This document shows positions 1 through 9,968 of a DNA stretch of 64,000 nucleotides, piece after piece (position 1 is the first letter of the stretch; each line of letters starts with the position of its first letter). Below the pieces are notes generated by a model. The model had not been told where the DNA came from. It ran no database searches and saw nothing but the letters and a program-made list of their open reading frames with translations. The position numbers and the translations under genes were made by a program. The DNA is taken from assembly GCA_963749495.1 (NCBI GenBank), contig CAVVMW010000001.1, positions 224,001 to 288,000 on the forward strand, given 5' to 3'. The stretch comes from an uncultured bacterium. GTDB lineage: Bacteria > Verrucomicrobiota > Verrucomicrobiia > Limisphaerales > UBA8199.

Positions 1-46
1 GGTAGATGCGTGCCACGAGCGGCCCTGTATCCACGACGACGGTCAT
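1..46 (-). CDS. PIN-domain (VapC-like) toxin, N-terminus only (runs off window edge)
   Basis: Minus strand from ATG at 46 reads MTVVVDTGPLVARIY, a typical PIN 'hhDTgpLvA' start. ATGA overlap with the antitoxin stop. Confidence 0.7.
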   Translation of the reverse strand, partial: MTVVVDTGPLVARIY

Positions 47-339
47 TCGCCGAAGCCTTCCATGTACTTTGGATTGGTGGCCAGATCAGGCGCGCGACGC
101 CCCCGCCTGGCCCAGGCCTTCTTCAGGATGGGGAGGGCCGCATCGTAAAACGACTCGCCTGGCGCCGGCTGCGGCAGGAGCCCAGCATCGTGGATGATTG
201 GCGGCAGCGCGCTGGACCCTGCCAGCGCCTTCTCCAGGCACTCGCGGGCGAGGCGCCTCGCCGTACTCTTGCGGGCACGGGCCTCCTGCTTCAACTGTTG
301 GGCGAGGTGATCCGGCAGCTTCAGCGAGAGAGTCGTCAT
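43..339 (-). CDS. CopG/ribbon-helix-helix antitoxin
   Basis: MTTLSLKLPDHLAQQLKQEARARK..LARECLEKAL RHH pattern; C-terminal DLATNPKYMEGFG; directly upstream of the PIN ORF. Confidence 0.75.
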   Translation of the reverse strand: MTTLSLKLPDHLAQQLKQEARARKSTARRLARECLEKALAGSSALPPIIHDAGLLPQPAPGESFYDAALPILKKAWARRGRRAPDLATNPKYMEGFGE

Positions 340-428
340 GGCCGGAAGCTAATACAACCCTCTTCATTCTGCAATGCCCGCGTCCTCGGTTCTTTGGACT
401 GCAACACCACCGTTGAGGCCGTCGCCGT

Positions 429-659
429 TCACGAACGTCCGGGGGCCCGCTTGCGGACTGTTACGCTCTCGATCAGGGGCACATCCAGAACGTCATGGCC
501 GCCTTGCCTGCGGAGCCACACGATCAGCGTTTCTCCATCCGGCGAGAGCGCGGCAAACTCCGGGTGGGGGATTGAATACGTTTTGCTGCTCCCCATCCGA
601 ATCGTTATGGGGCGGAATGGCCGAGCCTGTAACAAATCTCTGAGCTCGTTCGCGTTCAT
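429..659 (-). CDS. small conserved hypothetical protein (PVC-type 'RPFRPxxIR...HPE')
   Basis: MNANELRDLLQARPFRPITIRMGSSKTYSIPHPEF. Confidence 0.65.
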   Translation of the reverse strand: MNANELRDLLQARPFRPITIRMGSSKTYSIPHPEFAALSPDGETLIVWLRRQGGHDVLDVPLIESVTVRKRAPGRS

Positions 660-733
660 GCCTGCTATCTGCCACAGTCCACCTGGGCTTTCAAGGGCTG
701 ACTGTGCAACCCGGCATGTCAGGTTGCCGAAAC

Positions 734-1876
734 CTAACCACACGCCCCTTTGAGTTGCGGGCGGGTCTCCTTGTGGGACGGGGCGAGGCGGGTGACGCTG
801 TTCATGAACTGGATGGTGAGCTTGGCTCCGTCGAAATGGCAGGTGACGGTATCGTGATGCGGGGTCTCGGGGAAGCGCCAGGTCATCTCGAAAGTGCTGT
901 CGTCCTTCCACGCGGCGCCAGCGGCCACCCTCGATTTCGGCCCCAGGTCGCCCGAGGTCAGTTTCGGCGGCGTCCCGGGCATGGTGGTCTCGCCTTCAAT
1001 CCACTTCCCGAGGCCGCACTGGACGCTGTGTTCGCCTTTCTTGTCGTTGAGGGTGAAAAGGCAGGTCTCCTTTTGAAAAAGGAAGGTCGCAGTTTGAAGG
1101 CCCATCGAGTTGCTTTGGAGGTTGAAGGCGCGGCCGGAAACGGCGGTCGCCGCTGGTGAAGAGGCGCGGGCTTCAGGCGGCGGCAGGGCCAGGGAGGCGA
1201 GTCTGTCCTTGAGCCGCGCCAGGACCGGCGGGTCGGGCGGCAGGGCGGCGTCCTTCATCCCCGGCAGCAAATGCTCCCGAGACCAGGTCCAGTTCGCCTT
1301 GCATGCTCGGGCTCTCGCTGGTGACGGCGATGACCGCATCCTGGTCCGGCATGACGATGGTGAACTGGCCGAAGGCGCCGTCGCCCCGGAAGGCATTGTG
1401 GCGGCAGCGCCAGAATTGGTAGCAATAGCCCTGGTGCCAGTCGCTGTTCCGTTTCAGGGTCTGGAGGTCGGCCCCGGCCCCGGCCGGTTGCTGAATCTTG
1501 AAGGAGGTCGCTTCCTGGACCCAACTCGGGGGCAGAATCGCTCTCCCGTTCCACATCCCTTTCTGCAAATACAATAACAGTAGAGCATGTGGTTCAACTC
1601 CGCGCGGTAGGGCGACCACCAGCCCTCGGCAATCACGTGCCCGTGGCGCAGGAGCATGAAACTGTGGAATTCGTGCGGGGCCTTGTCGAGGGCCTCCAGG
1701 AAGCCCAGGATGGCGGCCGAGGACACCCCCTGCGCCTCGGGCGTGCTCCGGGACAGACCCCCGCCGGAGCCGCGCTCGGCCGCCCGGCATTCCGGCAGGT
1801 TCCAGCCCACCCCCAAGCCGGCAGCGCCCAGACCGAGTTGCTTGAGAAATGCTCTGCGACAGAGGGTCGTGCTCAC
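734..1876 (-). pseudogene. Tat-exported serine hydrolase (class C beta-lactamase-like), internally deleted and frameshifted
   Basis: Tat signal RRAFLK; STPEAQGVSS..HSFMLLRHG..NHMLY jumps directly to LLYLQKGMWNG..GYCYQFW..GDGAFGQ. The SxxK region is missing; second frameshift near 1280. Confidence 0.75.
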
Positions 1877-1952
1877 GCGAGGGATTGAAGACGGAGAAGG
1901 GGAATTTGTAAACAGCGAATAGAGGACGAAAGCGACATGGAACTGGCCAGGT

Positions 1953-2066
1953 GTGGGGCAGACCTCTGGTCTGCCGGTTCACGGAGCCTCCGGCTCCGTG
2001 TCCCTTGCAGGTGCGAGACTCGGGGCCAGAGGCCCCTGCAACCGGCAGACCGGAGGTCTGCCCCAC
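1953..2066. repeat. palindromic REP-like element
   Basis: GTGGGGCAGACCTCTGGTCTGCCGGTT (1953-1979) and near-perfect inverse AACCGGCAGACCGGAGGTCTGCCCCAC (2040-2066), with internal hairpins. Confidence 0.8.
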
Positions 2067-2264
2067 GCGTCCCCCCCTGAACAGTTCCAGCGACATAAGG
2101 GACCCAGTGGCGCCTAGCGGCCGGCGGCACGTGAAATGCTTTGCTCCAAGCGTGTCCCGATCGGGCTGGACAGGAGAGGGTTGATTGAGGAAAATGGCGC
2201 TGGATTCGGATGACGAGCGCGGGAGCGTTGTGCCTGCGCTCTCGATTGATCGGAGTTGGCGACG

Positions 2265-3140
2265 ATGAAGAATCTGCGTGGAAGAACGGCGATTCTGACC
2301 GGAGCTTCCGGCGGGCTGGGGAGTTTTATTGCCCCGGCCCTGGCCGAGGCGGGAATGAACCTGGTGCTGGTGGCCTTTCCCGGAATTGGTCTGAAGGAGG
2401 TCCATTCGCAGGTAGTCAAGCGCGGGGTCAAAGCCATCTTCCTGGACCTGGACCTCCGCGACCCGGAACAGCGCCGCCGCCTTGTGGCCACCACGCTGGA
2501 GACCTTCGGCAGCATCAATGTGCTGGTCAACAACGCGGGCGTGGAGGTCTCGGCGGCGTACGATCAGCTTACGGAAGAGCAAGTCCGGGCCATCCTGGCG
2601 ATAAACCTGGAGGCGCCGATGATGCTGAGCCTGGCAGTGCTGCCGGGCATGCTGCGGCAGGGACGCGGTCATATTGTGAACATGTCGTCGTTGGCGGGCA
2701 AGTTCGGGCCCGGCTACCAGGAGCCCTACTGCGCCAGCAAGGCCGGGCTGACCGCTTTCACTTATTCCCTGCGTGGGACCTACCGGGGAACCGGGGTGAG
2801 CGCCTCGGTGGTGTGTCCGAGTTTTGCGGAAGCAGGAATTTACAGTCGAATCAAAAAGAAAATGGGCCGGCCTGCTCCCGGTCTCCTGGGGGCGAGCGTC
2901 TGTTCGCCGGAGCGGGTGGCCAAGGCCGTGCTCAGGGCCATCGACCGCGATTGGCCGGAGGTGTTCGTCTGCGGAATCCCAATCCGCCCGTTCCTGGCTC
3001 TATTCCCATGCTCTCCCGCTTTGGCCGCCTGGGTCACGGACAAGGTCCTGGGAGCGCACGATTTCTTCCACAAGGCCGCCGAGGCCGAGAAGCAGGCTGG
3101 ACGCACGGGTCCGGCCCGCGATGAAATTACGCTCCCATGA
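2265..3140 (+). CDS. short-chain dehydrogenase/reductase
   Basis: TGASGGLG, NNAG, YCASK motifs. Confidence 0.9.
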   Translation: MKNLRGRTAILTGASGGLGSFIAPALAEAGMNLVLVAFPGIGLKEVHSQVVKRGVKAIFLDLDLRDPEQRRRLVATTLETFGSINVLVNNAGVEVSAAYDQLTEEQVRAILAINLEAPMMLSLAVLPGMLRQGRGHIVNMSSLAGKFGPGYQEPYCASKAGLTAFTYSLRGTYRGTGVSASVVCPSFAEAGIYSRIKKKMGRPAPGLLGASVCSPERVAKAVLRAIDRDWPEVFVCGIPIRPFLALFPCSPALAAWVTDKVLGAHDFFHKAAEAEKQAGRTGPARDEITLP

Positions 3141-4063
3141 GTCTGCGCGTTTTCCTGACCGGCGCCAGTGGCTACGTTGGCAGCGTGTTAGCAGAACGCT
3201 TGGCGCGGCTGCCCGAGGTGGAAGCCATTACAGGTATCGGCCTGGCGGCCCCGAGAGATCCGATTCCGCCCAAGATGAGCTTCAAGCTGATGGACATCCG
3301 GTCGCCGGGTTTGGCCGCGGCTATGGCCGGCCATGATGCCGTCATCCATACCGCCTGCGTCGTATTGTGGCGCGCGAAAATGCCGGTCAAAGAACGCGAC
3401 GACATCAACTTCAACGGCGTGGGCAACGTTGCCAGGTCTGCTCTGGCCAGCGGCGTGCGTCGTTTCATCCACGCCAGCAGCATGGCCGCCTATGACCCTC
3501 GGTTGGCGGGCGGCCAGACCGGCGTGGAGGAGGACTTCCCGCTGGGCAGGGGTGACTCGCCTTTTTACTACTGGAACAGCAAGGCTGCCGCCGAGAAGAC
3601 GCTCACTGAGATCCTGGGCGGGACGGGCGTTGCCCTGACCTTGTTCCGTCCGATATACATCATGGGACCGCGCAATAAGTCGGTGGCGCGCAGTTATCGC
3701 AGCACTGCCGTCAACCTGCTTGGGTATAACCCGCGCCGGCAGTTCGTTCATGAGGCGGACGTAGCCGAGGCCTTCGTTCGAGCCTTGCTCACCGACATGC
3801 CGGGCGCTTTTAACATTGTGCCCGATGATGCCATTCGCCTGAGCGACGTCTGGAGGATCGTCGGGGCCAAGTTCGTCCCTACCATTCCGGTCGGGCTGGC
3901 CCGGGGCATCACTCTGTTTCGATGGCGCTTCCTGGGCTTCCCCATCCACCCCTCCTGGGTAGCGGATATGCTGGTGGACTTCACCGGGAGCAATGCCAGG
4001 CTCAAAGCGACCGGGTGGAGGCCGCAATTTGGCAGCGAGGCAACTCTGCGTTCGGCATTATGA
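3137..4063 (+). CDS. NAD-dependent epimerase/dehydratase (extended SDR)
   Basis: TGASGYVG, ASS, YWNSK; ATGA overlap with upstream SDR. Confidence 0.88.
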   Translation: MSLRVFLTGASGYVGSVLAERLARLPEVEAITGIGLAAPRDPIPPKMSFKLMDIRSPGLAAAMAGHDAVIHTACVVLWRAKMPVKERDDINFNGVGNVARSALASGVRRFIHASSMAAYDPRLAGGQTGVEEDFPLGRGDSPFYYWNSKAAAEKTLTEILGGTGVALTLFRPIYIMGPRNKSVARSYRSTAVNLLGYNPRRQFVHEADVAEAFVRALLTDMPGAFNIVPDDAIRLSDVWRIVGAKFVPTIPVGLARGITLFRWRFLGFPIHPSWVADMLVDFTGSNARLKATGWRPQFGSEATLRSAL

Positions 4064-4145
4064 GAATGTGCCAATGTTGCTGCGATTTAGGCCTCGCAAT
4101 TGAGGCATGAAAAGTGCTAGAGGAGTCAGCGGAACCATCATCTTT

Positions 4146-5420
4146 ATGCGACGCGGAAAAAAATGCCGGCCCCTTCACAGGGCGATTGCGGTTTTGGTCT
4201 CCAGCGCCCTGCCCGCGGCGGCTGGAGGTTTCGACCTGCCCGATCAGGATGCATTTGCCGTGGCCCGTGGCATGGCAGTCGTGGCTACGGCGGACAACCC
4301 TTCTGCCATCTACTTCAACCCTGCGGGCATCACCCAGCTTCAGGGCCACAACCTGCGCGGTGGATTGTACGGGGTCTATCTCACCCCGAGCTTCCAGTCT
4401 TCTGCCGGGCGGTTCCATGATGAAGAGCCGCTGCACGCCATCCCGCAGTTGTTCTACGCTTACGGCATGGAGACACTGCCCTTGAGCTTTGGCGTGGGGG
4501 TCTATTCTCCATTCGGGCTGGGCACGCGTTATCCACAAGATACCGGTTTCCGCACGCTGGGCACGCAAGGGAAGATCACTACCGACACCATCAACCCCGT
4601 CGTGGCGTGGCGAGTGCTGACGAATCTCTCAATTGCCGCCGGCTTGCGAGTGGACTACGCGGAGGCTGACTTGAGGCAAGGGTTGGTGTGGCCGAGTCAG
4701 TCGCTGGATGAATTCCGCTTCAAAGGCTCTGGCTGGGGTGTGGGCTACAACCTGGGGGTGCTTTGGAAGCCGATCGAGCAGGTTTCCCTCGGCGCCACCT
4801 TCAGGGGCCCGACCACGATCAATCTGGGCGGCCACACCGAGTACCGCAATGATGCGGCGTTTCCTCCCGGCGTGGGGGCCGTGTCGGCGGTTGGCCCACA
4901 GACCGTGATCGCCAACGGTGATTTTCCTTTCCCGCTCAGCGTTGTTTGCGGGTTGTCGTACCGGCCCACGCCAAAGTGGAACCTGGAGTTCGATGCCCAA
5001 TACACTGACTGGAGCGCCCTGGGGACGCTGACGATAAACCAGGCAGCGGGGAACGCGGCGCTGGGCTTGCCAAAGAACATCCCGATGGCGTTCAACTGGG
5101 AAGGGAGTTGGTATTACGAGCTTGGCGCGACCCGTTACCTCGGCAAAGGCTGGTCGGTGAGCGGCGGGTATATCTTCAACGAGAATTCCGTGCCAGATGC
5201 GCATTACAGCCCATTGGTAGGGGACCTGGACAGACATTTCTTCAGCGTTGGAACGGGCTTCAAAGGCAAGCGCTTCGACTTCGACGTTGCCTGCCAGTTT
5301 GGCTACGGCCCCACTCGGACGGTCACGGGCAGCGCGCCCTCGGCCACCGGCCAGACGGCCAATGGCGATTATCAGTTCTTGAGTCAGGCCGTGTGCGTGT
5401 CGGTTGGCTGGCATTTTTGA
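4146..5420 (+). CDS. FadL/OmpP1 family outer-membrane long-chain fatty acid transporter
   Basis: Signal peptide, ADNPSAIYFNPAG hatch motif, SPFGL, beta-strand pattern, C-terminal Phe (GWHF). Confidence 0.9.
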   Translation: MRRGKKCRPLHRAIAVLVSSALPAAAGGFDLPDQDAFAVARGMAVVATADNPSAIYFNPAGITQLQGHNLRGGLYGVYLTPSFQSSAGRFHDEEPLHAIPQLFYAYGMETLPLSFGVGVYSPFGLGTRYPQDTGFRTLGTQGKITTDTINPVVAWRVLTNLSIAAGLRVDYAEADLRQGLVWPSQSLDEFRFKGSGWGVGYNLGVLWKPIEQVSLGATFRGPTTINLGGHTEYRNDAAFPPGVGAVSAVGPQTVIANGDFPFPLSVVCGLSYRPTPKWNLEFDAQYTDWSALGTLTINQAAGNAALGLPKNIPMAFNWEGSWYYELGATRYLGKGWSVSGGYIFNENSVPDAHYSPLVGDLDRHFFSVGTGFKGKRFDFDVACQFGYGPTRTVTGSAPSATGQTANGDYQFLSQAVCVSVGWHF

Positions 5421-5782
5421 GCGTCGGCGGCGTTGGGGCCGGGACAGGGGGCACGCAGCCGAACACGGATGCGCGCCTCGGCCAAGTGGTTGTCCCCGCA
5501 ACGGGACACCGCTCCCACTGGCTGCGGCGGGATGGGGGTGCGCCCCTCCTCGGCCGTAACGGCGTCCGCAGCCAGGGCAGCGGTCAGTACTCCGGCGCGC
5601 GTACCCGCTCCGTCGCAGCTGCGCCCGGGGACGGGCGCACTCCAGGGGAAGCCTCGGGACGCGCCCCGGGACGGGCGTTGATGCAGATTTCTCTGGTTGT
5701 TGGCCCGAAAAGTGTTCTACCCTATGGGGCGGAAAAAATGCCTCTGTAGATCGAGCTTGAGCGGTCAAACAGAGGCCAAACT

Positions 5783-7249
5783 GTGAAGAAATTGCCCCGC
5801 GCGGGCAGCAATCAGATGCAGACGACCGATCTGGCAATGAAGGAGAGCCTGGTGGTTTTCCAAAACAGCCAGGGGACCGAGATGCGGGCGACATTGTTGC
5901 GTCTGACCCGTCATCTGGCGGTGGTGGAGATCTACGACCCCGTTGCGGTGGTGAGGACCTCGGAGGTCTTGGGACAGTTGAAAATTACCTACCAGGATCG
6001 GACGCTCTACTGCGGCCGGGCGGTGGTTCAGACGGCGGTCAGCACCGGGCTGAAGGTGATTAGTGAGTTGGCCCTCCAGGACGGCTGGCTGGACGTGGAT
6101 TTCGTGGTCGCCTCGGGGCACGGAGAGAAACTGCGCGGCGAGTTTGGCGGGTTTTTCCGGGAATGGCAAAAGCTCTATCGTGTCGTCCCCGAATACAAGG
6201 TCGCCATCGCCGACCTCGAGAGCTTCCTCACCGACCTGCAACTGTGGCTCAACCAGGTTGAACTGGGCATCCGTTCCTCCCCGTCCGAGGACCGGGCAAC
6301 ACTGGAGCGCCAGGTCGCCCGCGAACTCGAAGAGCCGTGCGTCGGCGCCATTCGAAGCCTCTTCGACCGTTACGAGGTGGTGGCCCAGCAGGTGGAGGAG
6401 GAATTACAGCCCGCCCATCGCGCCTTCGGCAGGCGCCACCTGCACCCCTTGTTGCTCTGCTCCCCGTTTTGCTATCGAACGCTGAACAAGCCCCTGGGCT
6501 ACGCCGGCGATTACGAAATGGTCGGCATGATGTTCCGCGACCCGTGCGAAGGCACCTCCTTGTTCGCCAAGATGGTGAACATGTATGCCCTGCGGCTGCC
6601 GCCCATCGTGGGCCACCGTAACCGCATTGCCCATCTCACGGATCAACTCCAGAGCGAAGCCCTCCGTGCCGCTGGCCGGGGCCGGAGGCTGAAGGTCCTG
6701 AACCTCGGTTGTGGCCCGGCGGAGGAAATCCAGGAATTCCTGGTGCAATACGACAGCCTCTGCGACGAAGCCGAATTCACGCTCGTCGATTTCAACGAGG
6801 AAACCCTCGTGCATGTGAAGCAGACCCTCGAGGCCCTCAAGCGGCAGCACGGCCGCCGCACCCGGTTTGAAACGCAGAAAAAATCGGTGCATCAGATCCT
6901 CAGGGAAGCCGCCTGCCCGGGCGCCGTCCCCAACGGGGACGGGCCGGACTTCGCCTATTGCGCCGGGCTCTTCGATTACCTTTCGGACAAGGTCTGCCGC
7001 GAGCTCATCGCCCTGTTATACGACAGGCTCGTCCCCGGGGGACTTCTGGTCGCCAGCAACGTCGGCATCCATCCCAGCCGCGGCGAAATGGAATGTTTCC
7101 TCGAATGGTACTTGATCTATCGCAATCCGGCGGAATTGGCCCGGCTGGTCCCCAGCTACGTCCCGCCGGAGGCCATCACGCTCCAGTGCAACGGCACCGG
7201 GCTGAATACTCTCATGGAAATAAGGAAACCGGAACGTGCCTGCCCCTGA
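5783..7249 (+). CDS. phcB: PhcB-like class I SAM-dependent methyltransferase (putative signal synthase)
   Basis: KPLGYAGDYEM, NLGCGPA SAM-binding motif, YCAGLFDYL, GGLLVASN; overlaps the downstream sensor kinase start. Confidence 0.7.
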   Translation: MKKLPRAGSNQMQTTDLAMKESLVVFQNSQGTEMRATLLRLTRHLAVVEIYDPVAVVRTSEVLGQLKITYQDRTLYCGRAVVQTAVSTGLKVISELALQDGWLDVDFVVASGHGEKLRGEFGGFFREWQKLYRVVPEYKVAIADLESFLTDLQLWLNQVELGIRSSPSEDRATLERQVARELEEPCVGAIRSLFDRYEVVAQQVEEELQPAHRAFGRRHLHPLLLCSPFCYRTLNKPLGYAGDYEMVGMMFRDPCEGTSLFAKMVNMYALRLPPIVGHRNRIAHLTDQLQSEALRAAGRGRRLKVLNLGCGPAEEIQEFLVQYDSLCDEAEFTLVDFNEETLVHVKQTLEALKRQHGRRTRFETQKKSVHQILREAACPGAVPNGDGPDFAYCAGLFDYLSDKVCRELIALLYDRLVPGGLLVASNVGIHPSRGEMECFLEWYLIYRNPAELARLVPSYVPPEAITLQCNGTGLNTLMEIRKPERACP

Positions 7250-9884
7250 CCTCGAGAGCAACCGCGAGGTCCTGCGGACCTACGCGGAGTACGAGCGCGA
7301 AATAACCATCCGGCATCTTCGCGTCGGATGCCTGCTCGTCATTGCCTTGATGCCGGCTGGCGTGTTCCTCGATAACTTCGTCTATCCGGAGCATCTCAGC
7401 TTTTTCCTGGCCCTGCGGCTGGCCTGCGCGCTCCTCGAATTGGGCATTTGGCTTTTCCTGCGCACCCCCCTGAGCCGGAAGGCCTATCGGGCGCTCTCGC
7501 TCATCGTGGCGCTGCTGCCCGTGTTCTTCATCTGCTGGATGATCTATCTCACCGAGGGTCCAGTGTCGGCTTACTACGCCGGGCTCAACCTCATCCTGCT
7601 CAGCATTGCGCTGATCCTGCGCTGGACGGTCGGCATCAGCATCCTGGCCGTGCTCCTGACCAATGCCATGTACGTGACTGCGTGCTTTCTTCACGGCCCC
7701 GTGCGCCCCAGTGACCACGGCGGGTTCTTCAACAACCTCTACTTCCTTTGCCTGACGGGGATCATCGTCATCGTCGGAGGCCGCATCCACCGCGTCCTGC
7801 GCATCCGGGAATTCACCCTGCGCTACGAGTTGGACAAGAACCGCAAGGCCCTCGAGGAGTCCAACCAGAAACTCCTCGAGCTGGACCAGGTCAAGAGCCG
7901 CTTTTTCGCCAATATCAGCCATGAGCTGCGCACCCCGCTCACGCTCCTGTTGGCCCCGCTGGAGGCGCTGCTCCAGCGCTTTCCCCTGGACACGGAGACG
8001 CGCGACCTGCTCCACACCATGCACGCCAACGGGATGCGCCTGCTCAAGCTCATCAACGACCTGCTCGACCTGGTCCGCCTCGAATCCGGGCGCCTGGAAA
8101 TCAAACGCGAACCGCTCGACATCAACGAATTCGTCCGGGGCTTGGCCAGCGCAGCCCGGCAGGTGGCCGAGGACAAACAACTGCGGTTCGAGACCGCGGT
8201 CGCCCCCGAGGTGGGGACCGTCCTGGCCGACCGCGACCGGCTGGAGAAGATCGTGCTGAATCTCCTCTTCAACGCCCTCAAGTTCACCCCGGCCGGGGGC
8301 CGGGTCGAGTTGCGCGTAGAGAAGCAGGGCGCGGAGTTGGTCCTGGTGGTGGCCGATACCGGGATGGGCATTGCCCAGAAGAACCTGCCGTTCGTCTTCG
8401 ACCGGTTCTGGCAGGCGGACGGCTCCTCCAAGCGCAAGTACCAGGGCGCGGGCATCGGGCTGGCCCTGGTCAAGGAAGTGGTCGAAGCCCAGGACGGCCA
8501 TGTGGGCGTCCAGAGCCAGGAGGGCCAAGGGGCGACCTTCACCGTTCGGCTGCCCTACCTGGCGGCCGAGGCGGCGCCCAAGCCCGGGCCGGAACCCGCC
8601 GCCCAGCCCGGCGACGCCGGCGCAACCTCCAACGAGTGGCTGGCGGACCTCTACCGGCGCGCCGAGCTGTTTCCAGCGTTGACCCCGTTGCAGCCGTCGC
8701 TGCGGCCCGCGGAGTCGTCTCCCAACGGCAAGCGGCCGGTGGTGCTGGTGGCGGACGACGAGCCGGACATGCTCCGCTTCCTGAACACGCAACTCAGTTC
8801 GCGCTACCAGGTGCTCGAGGCCATGGACGGCCAGCAGGCAGTTGACAAGGCCGGCCAGTTTCTGCCCGACCTCATCCTGCTGGACATGATGATGCCCGAG
8901 AAAGACGGTCTGCAGGCCTGCCGCGAGTTGCGCGAGCACGCCCCCACCCAGTCCATTCCCATCGTCCTGCTCACCGCGCGCGCGGACGAGGAGACCAAGC
9001 TCGCCGCCTTGTCGGCCGGCGCCAGCGATTTCCTGGCCAAGCCCTTCTCGACCACCGAACTGCACGTGCGCATCCGCAACCTCGTCGAGTCCCATCAATA
9101 CCAGCGCAAGCTCGCCCGGCAGAACCAGGTGCTCGAGTCCACCATCGAGCAGCTCAAAGAAACCGAGACCCAGCTCGTTCAGTCGGAGAAGCTTGCCTCG
9201 CTGGGCCGCATGAGCGCCGGCATCATCCACGAAATCAACAACCCCCTGAATTTCGCCAGCACCGGCCTGTTCGCCCTGCGCAAGCGGACCAAGGACCTGG
9301 CCCCGGCCTTTCAGCAGGAATACCAGGGGATTCTGGTGGACGTCGAGGATGGGCTCAACCGCGTGAAGCACATCGTCTCCGATCTCCGGATGTTCACCCA
9401 TCCGGACACCGAGAGCCAGGACCAGGTGGACGTGGCAAGGGTGGTGGCGGTGGCCCTGCGGCTGCTGAGCAATGAATGGAAGGACAAGATCCGGGTCGAG
9501 CAGGACGTGGCCGAGGGTTTGACAATCCGGGCCAACAAGAACAAGCTGATCCACCTGTTGGTCAACCTGCTGCAGAATTCCTTTGACGCGTTGGCTCACA
9601 AGAGCTTTGCCGCAGAGCGGCCCACCGTTTGGATCGAGGGCCGCCGCGAGGCGGGCAGGAACCTGCTCCTCATCCGCGATAACGGCCCGGGCATCGAACT
9701 GCAGCACCAGGACAAGGTGTTCGACCCGTTCTTCACCACCAAAGACGTCGGCCAGGGCATGGGCCTGGGCTTGACCATCTGCTATCGCATCGTGCAGGAC
9801 TGCCAGGGCCGCATCACCCTCAGGACCCAGCCCGGCCAGTTCTGCGAGTTTGCCCTGGAGTTCCCTGCGAATGGACGACCCTAA
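7236..9884 (+). CDS. membrane hybrid sensor kinase (TM-HisKA-HATPase-REC-HisKA-HATPase), PhcS-like
   Basis: About 6 TM segments; SHELRTPL, NALKF, DTGMG, GAGIGL; REC (ADDE, DMMMP, KP); second H-box IHEINNPL, DNGPG, FFTTK, GMGLGL. Confidence 0.9.
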   Translation: MPAPDLESNREVLRTYAEYEREITIRHLRVGCLLVIALMPAGVFLDNFVYPEHLSFFLALRLACALLELGIWLFLRTPLSRKAYRALSLIVALLPVFFICWMIYLTEGPVSAYYAGLNLILLSIALILRWTVGISILAVLLTNAMYVTACFLHGPVRPSDHGGFFNNLYFLCLTGIIVIVGGRIHRVLRIREFTLRYELDKNRKALEESNQKLLELDQVKSRFFANISHELRTPLTLLLAPLEALLQRFPLDTETRDLLHTMHANGMRLLKLINDLLDLVRLESGRLEIKREPLDINEFVRGLASAARQVAEDKQLRFETAVAPEVGTVLADRDRLEKIVLNLLFNALKFTPAGGRVELRVEKQGAELVLVVADTGMGIAQKNLPFVFDRFWQADGSSKRKYQGAGIGLALVKEVVEAQDGHVGVQSQEGQGATFTVRLPYLAAEAAPKPGPEPAAQPGDAGATSNEWLADLYRRAELFPALTPLQPSLRPAESSPNGKRPVVLVADDEPDMLRFLNTQLSSRYQVLEAMDGQQAVDKAGQFLPDLILLDMMMPEKDGLQACRELREHAPTQSIPIVLLTARADEETKLAALSAGASDFLAKPFSTTELHVRIRNLVESHQYQRKLARQNQVLESTIEQLKETETQLVQSEKLASLGRMSAGIIHEINNPLNFASTGLFALRKRTKDLAPAFQQEYQGILVDVEDGLNRVKHIVSDLRMFTHPDTESQDQVDVARVVAVALRLLSNEWKDKIRVEQDVAEGLTIRANKNKLIHLLVNLLQNSFDALAHKSFAAERPTVWIEGRREAGRNLLLIRDNGPGIELQHQDKVFDPFFTTKDVGQGMGLGLTICYRIVQDCQGRITLRTQPGQFCEFALEFPANGRP

Positions 9885-9916
9885 TCCCCTCGAATCATAG
9901 ACCCTCATTGCGACGG

Positions 9917-9943
9917 TTCACGTTTCACGTTTCACGTTTCACG
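9917..9943. repeat. heptamer tandem (TTCACGT)x~4
   Basis: ttcacgtttcacgtttcacgtttcacg. Confidence 0.85.
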
Positions 9944-9968
9944 ATCCAGTCCCTAACCCCATCGATCC

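Noticed and set aside
7212..9908. 898-aa antisense ORF and similar long shadow ORFs (15512-16957, 4629-5894, 50294-51757)
   Set aside because: Opposite well-supported genes in high-GC DNA; no motifs.
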